Virus record (IMG/VR): IMGVR_UViG_3300031867_005677
Span: 11,990-75,989 of that record
Source of the DNA: a virus
Taxonomy: Duplodnaviria > Caudoviricetes
Direction: 5' to 3' (one strand)
Length of the DNA stretch: 64,000 nucleotides
The notes beneath the pieces were generated by a model that worked only from the letters and a program-made list of their open reading frames with translations, did no database searches and was not told the origin of the DNA. Shown piece after piece: positions 1 through 10,500 of the stretch (position 1 is the first letter of the stretch; every line of letters begins with the position of its first letter). The position numbers were made by a program, and so were the translations under genes.

Positions 1-1
1 C

Positions 2-2911
2 TATACTAATAATGGTGATTATAATTATTTAGCTGCTAACTATATTAAAGCACTTGCATGGTATACTTGTCATAATACATCTGATACAGATAATTCAAAA
101 ATAAGAATTATAGCACCTATTGATTTAACATTAATAAGTAGTAATGAACCACAAGAAACATATTATAATATCACATTTAATACTAATAATTGTACTGCAT
201 CAATTAGTAAATTAAGTGCAAAAGCTGGTGAAGTAGTAACTATTAGTGATATAACACCATATTCTGGTTATGTTTATAGTGGTACTTCATGGGATGTAAA
301 TGTGGAACAAATTGATGGTGGTATACCTAATGAAAATGGTATTGTTGAATCTTTAAGATTTACTATGCCTAATAGTGATGTAACAATTACATGTGTTTGT
401 ATATTAGAACAACAAGAAAATGAATATAATATTGTTTTAGATGCTAGAAATGGTACAGCAACATTAAGTAAATATACTGCAAGATATGGTGAACAAATTA
501 CAATATCTAATATTACACCAAATGAAGGTTATGAATTAAAAACATTATGTGTAATGGGTTCATCCTCAGGTCAAATACAAACAACAAATAATAATAACCC
601 AAATAATTTAAAGGTATATTTCAATATGCCTAATGAAGATGTTATTGTTGTTATTACCTTTGAAGAAATTGTACCTGAACTTTACCAAATTATATTACAT
701 CAAGATCATAGTACTGGTAGATTAAATAAAGATAGTGCTAGTAAAGATGAAGAAATAATTATTTCAAATATTGTACCTACAGAAGGATATGAAATATTAA
801 ATATATTTATTATCTTAAATAATCAAACAATAGAAGGTACATTTGAAAATAACTCATTTAGATTTATAATGCCTGATGGTAATTGTGATGTATATTTTGT
901 ATATAAAGAAATTACTCAACCAACAACAATTGTAGAATCTGATAATTTAAAAACAAATTCTGACCATAGTAATATTAATACAAAATTAAAAACAATATTC
1001 TTAGGACCTTATCAATATCTTTATGAATATTTAAAAAATGGTGAAGATTTTAATGATGTTGGTTGTAATGATAAATTTGTAATATTACGTAATTTTGAAA
1101 TAGTAAATAATATTGTTTATGATAAAGATATATTCTTTATTGAACAATCAATATATGATAAAATAATTAATAATTTAAGTACTGATTTAATTGCTTACCC
1201 ATTATATAAAAATGGTAGTTTATTCTTTAGTAATACTTATGGATTTTTTGCCACATACAATATTAGCTTAAAAGATATTACTTATAAAATTTATAATGAA
1301 TCAACTTTAAATAATGAAAATATTGCTAGTGATGCTAATATATTATGTGATAAATTACGTATATATAATCCTGTTATAAATAACAATTTAGATTTCATTG
1401 TATATGTGGATAACTATATTAATAATATCCATTTCCATTATTATTGTAATTTAAATAAGAATATAAAGAAGAAATATACTGGTGAAATTAAAGTAAATAA
1501 TAATCGTTACATAGAATATATCGAAATCAATATACCAAATATAAAGAAATTATTCTCTGAAAATAATAAGTATTTTATATTTGAAGATATTAATAAAGTA
1601 GCTTTTACAAAAAATTTCTCATTAGAAGAATTCTTTAAAAATTCTACTAAAAAATATGATAATAAACTTTATTTATCAAAAATAATTAAACCATTTATTA
1701 TTGATAAGATTAAAGAAAATGATAAAACTATTTATATTAAAACATATATAGATGATCAATATTTTAATTATAACAACAATTTTATTAATACTTCATTAAA
1801 TATTACATTATATCCTTATAAAAATATTTCTAATGGGTTATATTTGTTGCATGATCTTATTAATTCTTCATCATCATTTATATCTTATGAAAATTATTTT
1901 AGATTAAGTTCAAGATTAGGATTTGATAATGGTATTATTTCTCTTATTAATGAATTTGAATTTCCAAATAAAATTAAAAGAGATAATATTCAAAAAATAA
2001 AATATGATAATTCAATATCAGAATTCTTAAATGATAAAACTCATGAATTAGAAAATATTGAAGATAGACAAGTTACTGAATATTATAATACATATTATCT
2101 ACATGAAAATTTGGATGCATTAGAAGATTTAAGAGAAGAAGATGAATTTGATGAAGAATTAAATGTTGAAGCTATTCGTTCTACAGGATTTGTAATTCAA
2201 TTTGCAAATGATTTAAGTTTTAATGATATTATATTAGAATCCATTATTAATACTGATAATTTAGATAATGAAGGACAAACAAATAATGATAATTTTATAT
2301 ATGATTTTAGTTTTTCATTAAATGATATGGTAGATTCATGGAATCAATTAAATGATATATTAGTTGTTAGAGCTAAATTTATTGATAAGAAATTAAATAA
2401 TGTTATAATTGGTAATAATGTAGTAATTAATAAAGAATGGTTTAAATATTTTATAAATGATACATTAGATTATAATATACAATTTAATAAAACAAATAAT
2501 TTAATTACAAATAATTTTATGGATATTAATCAAGGATTTAATTTTATAGATAATATTAATTGTACTATAATTGAAGGAGAAAAAAATAATAATGTTAATA
2601 TGTCAAATAATAACATTATAAATACTAAATTGATTTATAAACCTATATTCTATAAAGTTCAGGATTTACAAACTATTAGACTTCGTCAAGGTATGACACA
2701 AAATATAGGTATCAATATGGGTGAATTTATGAATAAAGTAAATACATTTATATTGAATATTGGTGATCAAACAATTAAAGAATCTTCACGTAATGATGTA
2801 TTTGTAATTTTCCCTATTAATGCAAATAATATTGAAGATAATAGTGGATATTATAATATTATGAATGAAGATTATGAATATATTTCATCAGGTAATTTTA
2901 TTAAATATTAA
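2..2911 (+). CDS. Large virion structural protein, 5'-truncated; N-terminal divergent InlB B-repeat (Flg_new-like) domains
   Basis: Frame is open from base 2, so the GTG at 302 is internal. Three ~80-aa repeats of type Y.I...A..GE.(V/I)TIS.I.P..GY...F.MP..(D/N)(V/C)...; lies directly upstream of baseplate genes. Confidence 0.6.
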   Translation, partial: YTNNGDYNYLAANYIKALAWYTCHNTSDTDNSKIRIIAPIDLTLISSNEPQETYYNITFNTNNCTASISKLSAKAGEVVTISDITPYSGYVYSGTSWDVNVEQIDGGIPNENGIVESLRFTMPNSDVTITCVCILEQQENEYNIVLDARNGTATLSKYTARYGEQITISNITPNEGYELKTLCVMGSSSGQIQTTNNNNPNNLKVYFNMPNEDVIVVITFEEIVPELYQIILHQDHSTGRLNKDSASKDEEIIISNIVPTEGYEILNIFIILNNQTIEGTFENNSFRFIMPDGNCDVYFVYKEITQPTTIVESDNLKTNSDHSNINTKLKTIFLGPYQYLYEYLKNGEDFNDVGCNDKFVILRNFEIVNNIVYDKDIFFIEQSIYDKIINNLSTDLIAYPLYKNGSLFFSNTYGFFATYNISLKDITYKIYNESTLNNENIASDANILCDKLRIYNPVINNNLDFIVYVDNYINNIHFHYYCNLNKNIKKKYTGEIKVNNNRYIEYIEINIPNIKKLFSENNKYFIFEDINKVAFTKNFSLEEFFKNSTKKYDNKLYLSKIIKPFIIDKIKENDKTIYIKTYIDDQYFNYNNNFINTSLNITLYPYKNISNGLYLLHDLINSSSSFISYENYFRLSSRLGFDNGIISLINEFEFPNKIKRDNIQKIKYDNSISEFLNDKTHELENIEDRQVTEYYNTYYLHENLDALEDLREEDEFDEELNVEAIRSTGFVIQFANDLSFNDIILESIINTDNLDNEGQTNNDNFIYDFSFSLNDMVDSWNQLNDILVVRAKFIDKKLNNVIIGNNVVINKEWFKYFINDTLDYNIQFNKTNNLITNNFMDINQGFNFIDNINCTIIEGEKNNNVNMSNNNIINTKLIYKPIFYKVQDLQTIRLRQGMTQNIGINMGEFMNKVNTFILNIGDQTIKESSRNDVFVIFPINANNIEDNSGYYNIMNEDYEYISSGNFIKY

Positions 2912-2913
2912 TT

Positions 2914-3255
2914 ATGATAGACTTAGCATTAGATAATAGAGTATATATTAATAATGATTTAGATGAGGCATTACAAGAATTAGACATATTATTTGATACC
3001 GAATGTACTGAATTAATAGGTGATACTGAATTTGGTGTCAATATAGAACAATTCTTATGGACATTATCACCAATGACTGATTCTATAAAATCTTATATAT
3101 CTAATAAATTGCGTGATTGTGCATATTTACAAAAATTCAATTATACTATTGATGTACAATATTATGAAGGAGATTTTAGAAGTATGTATCATTTAATTAT
3201 TAATATATATTTAGATGAACACCAAAAAATTAAAAAAGAATATGATTTTAAGTAA
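2914..3255 (+). CDS. Baseplate wedge subunit, gp25-like
   Basis: 113 aa; L.T...E..G..EFG..I..FL pattern typical of gp25/GPW; precedes gp6-like gene. Confidence 0.7.
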   Translation: MIDLALDNRVYINNDLDEALQELDILFDTECTELIGDTEFGVNIEQFLWTLSPMTDSIKSYISNKLRDCAYLQKFNYTIDVQYYEGDFRSMYHLIINIYLDEHQKIKKEYDFK

Positions 3256-4937
3256 TGAAATTATTTAATTTAACTGAAACCAATTTTGAGAATTTTGATA
3301 ATACTATTAATAATTATCTCAATAAAGTGTTTATTGGGTTAGGTATACAAAATTCTAAATTCCAATTATTTACTATTATATTTAATGCAATTAAAGGTAT
3401 TATGCAAAATATAATGGTATATATTGAGGATGCATTTACTGAACAAAATATTGATACTGCTATTAGACAAAAATCAATATACTCTTTAGCTAAATTATCT
3501 GGGTATGAACCATTTTATGGTACCGCTGCTACAGGTATATTAAAAGTATCATTAATAAGTAGTACTAATTTATCACAAGAAATCAAGAAAATATATATCA
3601 ATAATCATTCAACAGTACAATGTTTAAATAATGATATGAATTATATATTATATCTACAAACAGATCGTTATGTTTTTGATATAGAAAAACCATTAGTTGA
3701 TTATGATTTTAGAATAATACAAGGATTCTTTAATGAATCAAACTATACTAGTCATGGTGATGAATTAGAAACTATTCATTTAACTATTAATGGTATGTTT
3801 GATAAGAATTATATAAAAGTTTTTGTAAATAATAAAGAATGGCAACCAGTTTCTAATTTATATGATATGACAGAAAATGGTGAAGAATATATTATTAGTG
3901 TTGGTTTTGATAATGAATTAGATATTACTTTTGGTAATGGTATTTATGGTAAAGTACCTAATAATGGTGATAATATTAAAGTAGAATATATAGTACATAG
4001 TGGTACCAATGGAAATATCAATAATTTATCTGATATTAAATTTAAGTTTATTACAAATGGTGTTGATTTTTATGGGAATTCTATAGATTTAAATAATTAT
4101 ATACATTTAGAATTAGAGAATTTTATAAGTGGTGGTACCAATTCTGATACTATTTATGATGTAAAGAAAATGATTGGTTATAATTCAAGAAGTAATGTTC
4201 TTGCTTCTGTTGATAATTATAAATTATTCTTAAAGCATTTCTCATTCTTAGGTAATTTTAATGTATGGGCAGAAGATAATTCAAATACATTAGTTATAAA
4301 TGGTATTACAAATGTTTTAAATGAAGTAACAAATATTAATGATTATAAGAATATAGATGATAAACAATTATTATTATCTGATGATCAAAAAGCTAATATA
4401 ATGACAGTATTAGAAAATTCATCGAATACTTTTGCCGGAGTAAATATTACTTTCTTAGATCCAATTATTTACAAATATGCTATTATGTATTATGTTCAAG
4501 CAGAAGATCCATTCTATAAAGATATTATAAAGAATAATTTAGAAATATATACATTAGAATATTTTTCTAAATACAATTTTAATGTAACATTTATTTCTAA
4601 ATCTGATATATTAAAATATATATTAGATAATATTCAACATATTAAATCTATTAATATAGAAATTATTTCAGCTGCTAACGAAAATGCATATGGAAGTGTG
4701 GATCATTCATATTATAAGTATAAAACATATGTTTATAACAATAAAGTAAATTATAAACAAATAAAATATTTTTATGAAGAAGGATTACATTTAGGATTAG
4801 ATGAATTAGGAAATATTTCATTGGATAATAATATATATATCCCATTACTTCAAGGAAATTTCAAATATTATCCTAATAAATCTAATAGTGATTATTCTAA
4901 TATAACAGTTGATGCAATAAATGTTATTTTTATATAA
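3255..4937 (+). CDS. Baseplate wedge protein, gp6/J-like
   Basis: A..EQNIDTA..QKSIYSLAKL.GY.P, ITFGNGIYGKVP, Y...SG..GN and SGG...DTI motifs match T4 gp6-type proteins. Confidence 0.8.
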   Translation: MKLFNLTETNFENFDNTINNYLNKVFIGLGIQNSKFQLFTIIFNAIKGIMQNIMVYIEDAFTEQNIDTAIRQKSIYSLAKLSGYEPFYGTAATGILKVSLISSTNLSQEIKKIYINNHSTVQCLNNDMNYILYLQTDRYVFDIEKPLVDYDFRIIQGFFNESNYTSHGDELETIHLTINGMFDKNYIKVFVNNKEWQPVSNLYDMTENGEEYIISVGFDNELDITFGNGIYGKVPNNGDNIKVEYIVHSGTNGNINNLSDIKFKFITNGVDFYGNSIDLNNYIHLELENFISGGTNSDTIYDVKKMIGYNSRSNVLASVDNYKLFLKHFSFLGNFNVWAEDNSNTLVINGITNVLNEVTNINDYKNIDDKQLLLSDDQKANIMTVLENSSNTFAGVNITFLDPIIYKYAIMYYVQAEDPFYKDIIKNNLEIYTLEYFSKYNFNVTFISKSDILKYILDNIQHIKSINIEIISAANENAYGSVDHSYYKYKTYVYNNKVNYKQIKYFYEEGLHLGLDELGNISLDNNIYIPLLQGNFKYYPNKSNSDYSNITVDAINVIFI

Positions 4938-4960
4938 GTAAATCAGTTTAATTTAATATA

Positions 4961-5374
4961 ATGAAACAATTAAATAAATTTATACAAGAAAAATTAAAAA
5001 TCAATTCTAAAACCCAAATTAATAATACCGAAGAAGTTTGTAAATATATCTATAATAATTTATGGGGTATTACAGATGAAGATAAAGAAATGTATAGTGC
5101 TATTGAAAAATGGGTAAAAGATAATGATGTAAATGAAGTAATTCCAATTGCCGACCAAGAATCTTTAAATGATGCATCAGAATTTATAGATGATGATATT
5201 ATCAAACAATATAAATCGGATATGAAATCAGTTGAAGATTGTGAAAGTGAATTAGAAAAGGCAGAAAATATTTACCATCATAGTAGTAGAGCAGAAAATA
5301 TAGATATTATGTGTACGGATAATATGATTGCAATATTGGGTTGGTATGGTACTTTATATTGTGTTAAAAAATAA
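4961..5374 (+). CDS. Putative internal head protein with EKLKI tag; acidic unknown domain
   Basis: N-terminus MKQLNKFIQEKLKINSKTQIN. Confidence 0.6.
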   Translation: MKQLNKFIQEKLKINSKTQINNTEEVCKYIYNNLWGITDEDKEMYSAIEKWVKDNDVNEVIPIADQESLNDASEFIDDDIIKQYKSDMKSVEDCESELEKAENIYHHSSRAENIDIMCTDNMIAILGWYGTLYCVKK

Positions 5375-5386
5375 TGATTAATATAT

Positions 5387-7003
5387 ATGAACTTTTTAGA
5401 GTTTGTTTCAAAAAGAAAAGAAAATGAACAAAATAGAGTTATTATCAAAGAAGGATTTAAAAATTCTGATTTAGGTAAAGCACAAAAACTTATATTAAAG
5501 ATGTTAAGAAAAAATACGGGTGAAACTATAATTTCACTTGGTAATTTTGAACTTGAAATAGGTAAAGAAGATTGTACATCTGAATTGTTTGTATGTGCTA
5601 AATCTAAAAATCCTATTTGTTTTACATTGAATTGGCTTAATGATGGTAAATCATCCCAAATATATTCTATTTCTTTCTTTAAGAATATGAATGTATTTTT
5701 TGATGGTCGCGGTAAATCTGACTTGACTATTGAATCATTTGGTTGTTCTATTGCTTATCTTATACCTATTATCTCTTATATAGTTAATACTGGAGATTTT
5801 AATCTTCAAAAGAATGATGCTACTAAATTTGTAAAAGCTTTATTTGGTGCTAAAGTTCAAGAAGGAAAAATGTATGAATGTTATATTGGTGCATTAAAGT
5901 ACTATATTATTGAAAATGTTAAAGAATCATTAATAAAAGAAACATTCATGCAAAATATTAAAGAAGGTTCATATGAAGATTTGTTAAAGTGGAAAAAAGA
6001 GAAAATGGCAGCTGCTAAAGAAGCCGATTCTCATAAAAAAGATTCTCCTGAAGCTAACCGATTAAGTAAAGATTTATGGAAAGAATATGAAGAGATAAAG
6101 AATGCTATTAAAGGTGGAGCTTCATCAGTAGAAGAAGTACAATTAGCATTACAAAAATCAGTTAATGTAGTGGTTAAAAATCTTGAAGGTGCAAGTAAAA
6201 TAGAAGAAGAAATTAATAAAATAAGGAAAGATCCTGAACAAGTATTTAAAGAAATGCGTAAATATGTAAAGATGGTTATAAAAGGAATTACACCATCTGT
6301 AATATTATGTGGTGCTCCTGGTGTTGGTAAAACATTTAAAGTAAAACAAGAGCTTAAAGCCGCAGGTTATCATGAAGGACATAATCTTTGCACTATTAAA
6401 GGTAAATGTACCCCACGTGTTCTTTATACTACATTATTGGATTATAAGAAAAAAGGTGATATTGTAGTAATTGATGATGCCGATGGGTTAGTAGGTCCTA
6501 AAGCACCAGAAGATTGTATTAATATATTAAAAGCTGCTTTAGATTCAACAGAAGATGATGAAGGACGTTTAGTATCTTATGGAGTATCTGGTATTATTAG
6601 AGATGATGAAGGTATGGAATTACCTAAGAAGTTCTATTATAATGGTGGATGTATTGTTATAACTAATTATAATGCTGGACAATTAGATACTGCATTAAGA
6701 GGACGTTCATTTATACAAGATATTCATTTTACTGTAGAAGAAGTGTTACAAATTATCAAGAAACTTTTACCAGAACTTGATCCTGAACATCTTTCACCTA
6801 AAGCAAAAATGCAAGCATATGATTATCTTGTAAAACTTAATGAACAAAAATCTAAGATGGAAATATCATTACGTACATTTGGTATTTGTGCGAAGATATT
6901 TGAAGCTTGTAATGATGATCCGGATTTTGATGATGCTGATGCTGAATCAATGGTAGAAGAACAAATGAAATTACAAGCTGATCGTGGTGGTAAAAAATAT
7001 TAA
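5387..7003 (+). CDS. AAA+ ATPase with N-terminal extension
   Basis: Walker A GAPGVGKT, Walker B VVIDDAD, sensor ITN, arginine finger ALRGR. Confidence 0.85.
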   Translation: MNFLEFVSKRKENEQNRVIIKEGFKNSDLGKAQKLILKMLRKNTGETIISLGNFELEIGKEDCTSELFVCAKSKNPICFTLNWLNDGKSSQIYSISFFKNMNVFFDGRGKSDLTIESFGCSIAYLIPIISYIVNTGDFNLQKNDATKFVKALFGAKVQEGKMYECYIGALKYYIIENVKESLIKETFMQNIKEGSYEDLLKWKKEKMAAAKEADSHKKDSPEANRLSKDLWKEYEEIKNAIKGGASSVEEVQLALQKSVNVVVKNLEGASKIEEEINKIRKDPEQVFKEMRKYVKMVIKGITPSVILCGAPGVGKTFKVKQELKAAGYHEGHNLCTIKGKCTPRVLYTTLLDYKKKGDIVVIDDADGLVGPKAPEDCINILKAALDSTEDDEGRLVSYGVSGIIRDDEGMELPKKFYYNGGCIVITNYNAGQLDTALRGRSFIQDIHFTVEEVLQIIKKLLPELDPEHLSPKAKMQAYDYLVKLNEQKSKMEISLRTFGICAKIFEACNDDPDFDDADAESMVEEQMKLQADRGGKKY

Positions 7004-7021
7004 AATAATTAAATAATATAT

Positions 7022-7840
7022 ATGAAAAGTTTAATACAATATATTAATGAAAATATAATTAAAGAATCATTTGAATCTAATTCTTTATCTGAATTTATAT
7101 CTTTATCAGATAAAAAAGAATATGAAGATTATTTTAAATATGGTTTTAGAGTAATTTCTAAAATTACAGATACATATAATTTTAGTAAAAAACAAATAGC
7201 TAAAGGTATGAGTTTAGCTAATTGGAAAGAAGATTGGTTCTATTCAAAAGATAATAAAAAAGTATTTAATCAAGAAGAATTTTGTAATATTTTAAGATTA
7301 TCAGATAAAGACCTTAATGAAGCTAAATTAAAAGAAGTTGCAATTAAACAAAAAACGTGTATTTTCTTATTTACTGAAAATAATAACAGCAAAATAAATA
7401 AAATTATTGCTGCAATGATATTAAATCCAAAATATGGAAATGAAGCTGCAACTTATTTAAAAGAAATGGCTAAAGAAAAAGAAATAAGACAAGATAATAA
7501 ATCTAATAATGATAAATTAAGTTCAACTTGGAAAATTGATAGAGCAAATAAAGTAATTAAAGAATATAATAATAAAGCTTCTAAAGAACAAATTGATTTA
7601 TTAAATGAAACTGTAAAGAAATTAATGAAATATACCAATAGAGGTAAAACTGCTAAAGAAGAAGCTAAAGAATTTAATAATTCTAAATGGTATAGTGAAG
7701 AACAAGCTAATATAACTTATTATTTAATTACTTCCGAAACCGGTGAAGATTTTCTTAAAGTATTTAGTTGGACTGATAATTTAAATAATAAACAAAAAGA
7801 TTATTTATCTGAAATAGTAGAAAAATTAAAAGTAAAATAA
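7022..7840 (+). CDS. Hypothetical protein, putative capsid-targeted
   Basis: 272-aa ORF; N-terminus MKSLIQYINE..IKE. Confidence 0.55.
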   Translation: MKSLIQYINENIIKESFESNSLSEFISLSDKKEYEDYFKYGFRVISKITDTYNFSKKQIAKGMSLANWKEDWFYSKDNKKVFNQEEFCNILRLSDKDLNEAKLKEVAIKQKTCIFLFTENNNSKINKIIAAMILNPKYGNEAATYLKEMAKEKEIRQDNKSNNDKLSSTWKIDRANKVIKEYNNKASKEQIDLLNETVKKLMKYTNRGKTAKEEAKEFNNSKWYSEEQANITYYLITSETGEDFLKVFSWTDNLNNKQKDYLSEIVEKLKVK

Positions 7841-7853
7841 TAATATAAATAAT

Positions 7854-9053
7854 ATGAAAAGTTTATCTCAACAAGTTAATGAAGATTCTTATATTTCATT
7901 AGGTAATGTTTCAATGATTAATGAAGCATGGGGAGCAAAAAAACATTATGCAGATGAATTAGAAAAAATATTTGCAAATTATGAAAAAAAGAAAAATCCT
8001 AAACCTAAAAAGGGTCCATTTGGGAGAGGAGGATTTAGACCAGGTCATTCCCCAGAAGAAGTACTTGCAAAATATCCAATGGAAATATTAATTGATAAAG
8101 CTGGATATGAACCAAAAGAAATTTCTAAAGAAGTTTGGGGTCCTAAAGGAAGAACCGAAAAGAAAGAATTTAGTAAAAATGATTATGGTTATTTTATTGC
8201 ACAATTAATAGCTAGTGGAGAACTTAATAAAGAAAAAATGCTTAAATGGTGGAATGAATATGAAGATAAGATAGCCAAAGCAAAATGGCATGATCCAAAA
8301 TTTATAGCTAAACAAATTGACCCGGTAAAATGTTGGAATCCATATTATCCTAAAGATGATTCTATTGTTAATTCATTTGAAAAAAATCCAGCTAATATGT
8401 CTTATTATTTAAAGAGTGGAAATGGTTTATCTTATGATGAAAAAAAAGAATTAAGAGCTTTCTTAGAAGATCCAGCAAATCTTGAAGAATTAAAGGTGGC
8501 TATTAAAGGTGTTAAAAATTCAATTTTAAAAGCACGTCCTACATTTAAGACAGGTGCTATTAATCATCTTAAAGATATTATTAAAAATTGTGATTATTCT
8601 GGTGGTAATCTTGAAGATTTAATGGAAAAGGAATATCGAGATAGCCATAAATCATATTATCAGGGTGGTAATGATAGAGATTGTGAAGCATCTGCAATAA
8701 TTGGTCTTATTATGAAAGTTATTAATAAGATTTATGGATTTGAAGTTTGGTCATCAATTACATCTGATAAAGATGAATATGAAAATGAAATTATTAGTGC
8801 CCATATTAATGGTTTAAATAAAGAAGATCAAACATATGAACAATTTGTTGATGATGCAGATATTCTTAAATTTAAAATTAAGAAATTAGGTGTATCAAAG
8901 AAAAAAGAATCATCATCAGTTCATAATTCTTCATTTACATCAAATTATAATTATGATTTTGAAGTAATTTGTACTAAAGGAGATGAAGAGATATTTCATG
9001 AAACAATAACTGATGTGACAATTGGTTCATATTTCTTCTCTGGTGGATGGTAA
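7854..9053 (+). CDS. Hypothetical protein, putative capsid-targeted; paralog-like to 12626-13795
   Basis: N-terminus MKSLSQQVNE...MINE; both proteins end with a C-terminal ...FEVI. segment. Confidence 0.55.
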   Translation: MKSLSQQVNEDSYISLGNVSMINEAWGAKKHYADELEKIFANYEKKKNPKPKKGPFGRGGFRPGHSPEEVLAKYPMEILIDKAGYEPKEISKEVWGPKGRTEKKEFSKNDYGYFIAQLIASGELNKEKMLKWWNEYEDKIAKAKWHDPKFIAKQIDPVKCWNPYYPKDDSIVNSFEKNPANMSYYLKSGNGLSYDEKKELRAFLEDPANLEELKVAIKGVKNSILKARPTFKTGAINHLKDIIKNCDYSGGNLEDLMEKEYRDSHKSYYQGGNDRDCEASAIIGLIMKVINKIYGFEVWSSITSDKDEYENEIISAHINGLNKEDQTYEQFVDDADILKFKIKKLGVSKKKESSSVHNSSFTSNYNYDFEVICTKGDEEIFHETITDVTIGSYFFSGGW

Positions 9054-9078
9054 AATATTTGTGGATTAAATAATATAT

Positions 9079-9106
9079 AAAAAGACCAATCTTATTGGCC
9101 TTTTTT
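9079..9106 (+). terminator. Rho-independent terminator
   Basis: aagaccaat-ctt-attggcctt followed by a T run. Confidence 0.6.
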
Positions 9107-9127
9107 ATATGTGGTCATTTTAAGATT

Positions 9128-9140
9128 TATTTTTAATAAA
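9128..9140 (+). promoter_or_regulatory. Candidate late promoter TATTTTTAATAAA
   Basis: Exact copies at 9128, 10050 and 42252, each upstream of a + strand gene. Confidence 0.45.
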
Positions 9141-9197
9141 TAAAATATACAAAATTTAGCATAAAACTAATAAATGATTCAAAACATATAATATATT

Positions 9198-10013
9198 ATG
9201 GATTTTAAAGGAATATTTCAAGTATTGATAGATAATTATGGTTTATATGGTTTAGTGATAGCTATATGTTTAGTAGCTATTTGTGTTGCCATACCTGTAA
9301 TGCTTAACAAACAAAGTAAGAAAATGTCAAATGATTTTAACAAATTAGGAATAGATTTATCAAATGCATTACAAAAACAAAATGATGGATTAATTAATAA
9401 ATTATCAGAAACACAAGATAAATTATTAGAAAGTAATTTAAATATTATTAATAATCTATTAGATCAAAAAAATAAAATACATGGCACAGGATTAAATTTA
9501 AGAGACCAAGTATCAATACCAATACAAAATAAAATCAATCATTTAAAAGATTTATATAGGGCAAATAGAGTTGGCGTGATAGAGTTCCATAATTCATTAG
9601 TAAATCTTAATGGTCTACCATTTTTATGGTATGATTTGATTTATGAAAGTATTATGAAAGGTACTAAATCAATTTCAATTGAAACTAAAAATATGCCATT
9701 TAATATTCTTACTCCAATTTTATTAGGAATTCAAAATGGTCGTGCAAAAGTATTTGATAATAAAGAAGTAGAAAAATTCTATAATCAATCATCTGTACTT
9801 TATGAATTCTGTGAAAGATTTGATGTACATGATCTTGTGATATGCCCATTATTAAATAGTGATAATGAATTAGTTGGATTACTTTCATTAGAATATTCTG
9901 ATAAATATCCTTTAAATCCAGAATTATTAGATATAAATGATATTGAGGATGAAGCAAAAATAATATCGGCTTTATTAGAATTGAATAAACAAAAAAATAA
10001 TGAAAATAAATAA
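9198..10013 (+). CDS. Putative holin (T4 gp t-like: single N-terminal TM plus GAF-like domain)
   Basis: TM segment YGLYGLVIAICLVAICVAIP, coiled coil, then RVGVIEFHN...LPFLWYDLIYE and LVGLLSLEY GAF-like strands. Confidence 0.55.
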   Translation: MDFKGIFQVLIDNYGLYGLVIAICLVAICVAIPVMLNKQSKKMSNDFNKLGIDLSNALQKQNDGLINKLSETQDKLLESNLNIINNLLDQKNKIHGTGLNLRDQVSIPIQNKINHLKDLYRANRVGVIEFHNSLVNLNGLPFLWYDLIYESIMKGTKSISIETKNMPFNILTPILLGIQNGRAKVFDNKEVEKFYNQSSVLYEFCERFDVHDLVICPLLNSDNELVGLLSLEYSDKYPLNPELLDINDIEDEAKIISALLELNKQKNNENK

Positions 10014-10017
10014 ACTT

Positions 10018-10050
10018 AAGGATCTAGTCAACTAGGTCCTTTTTATTTTT
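10018..10050 (+). terminator. Rho-independent terminator
   Basis: aaggatctag-tcaa-ctaggtcctt plus T tract, just after the stop at 10013. Confidence 0.8.
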
Positions 10051-10062
10051 ATTTTTAATAAA
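10050..10062 (+). promoter_or_regulatory. Candidate late promoter TATTTTTAATAAA
   Basis: Exact motif copy ending 17 nt before the ATG at 10080. Confidence 0.45.
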
Positions 10063-10079
10063 ATTATTTGTTTATTTAA

Positions 10080-10487
10080 ATGAAAAGTTTAGATACTTTT
10101 ATATGTGAAAATAATGAACAATCTTCATTAGGTAAGAAAATTCTTAAAGTAATAGATAATAATATTACACAAGCAATTATTAAAAGAACTGAAAATTGGG
10201 ATGCTAACAAATTTGAATGGTCACGTGATCCAATGTTCTTATTAATAACACCAGAAAAAACTAAAAAGGATAGTGAAGAAAAATTTAGAGATCTTGAATG
10301 GGCAAGAGATAAATACATTGATGCTTGGAGAGATAAAGTTAAAGGAACTATAGATAATTATAATGTTAAAAATGATGATGGTGATTATGAATATTGTGTA
10401 TTAGGTATATTTGTGGATAGACAATTCTTCCCGATATCTTCATTAGATAATATGAATAAAATCATAGATTTATTAATTCAAAAATAA
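10080..10487 (+). CDS. Hypothetical protein, putative capsid-targeted
   Basis: N-terminus MKSLDTFICE. Confidence 0.55.
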   Translation: MKSLDTFICENNEQSSLGKKILKVIDNNITQAIIKRTENWDANKFEWSRDPMFLLITPEKTKKDSEEKFRDLEWARDKYIDAWRDKVKGTIDNYNVKNDDGDYEYCVLGIFVDRQFFPISSLDNMNKIIDLLIQK

Positions 10488-10500
10488 TAGAGGCAATATT

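Noticed and set aside
302-304. GTG start of the first ORF
   Set aside because: The frame is open from base 2 and contains an earlier repeat unit, so the gene begins upstream of the window.
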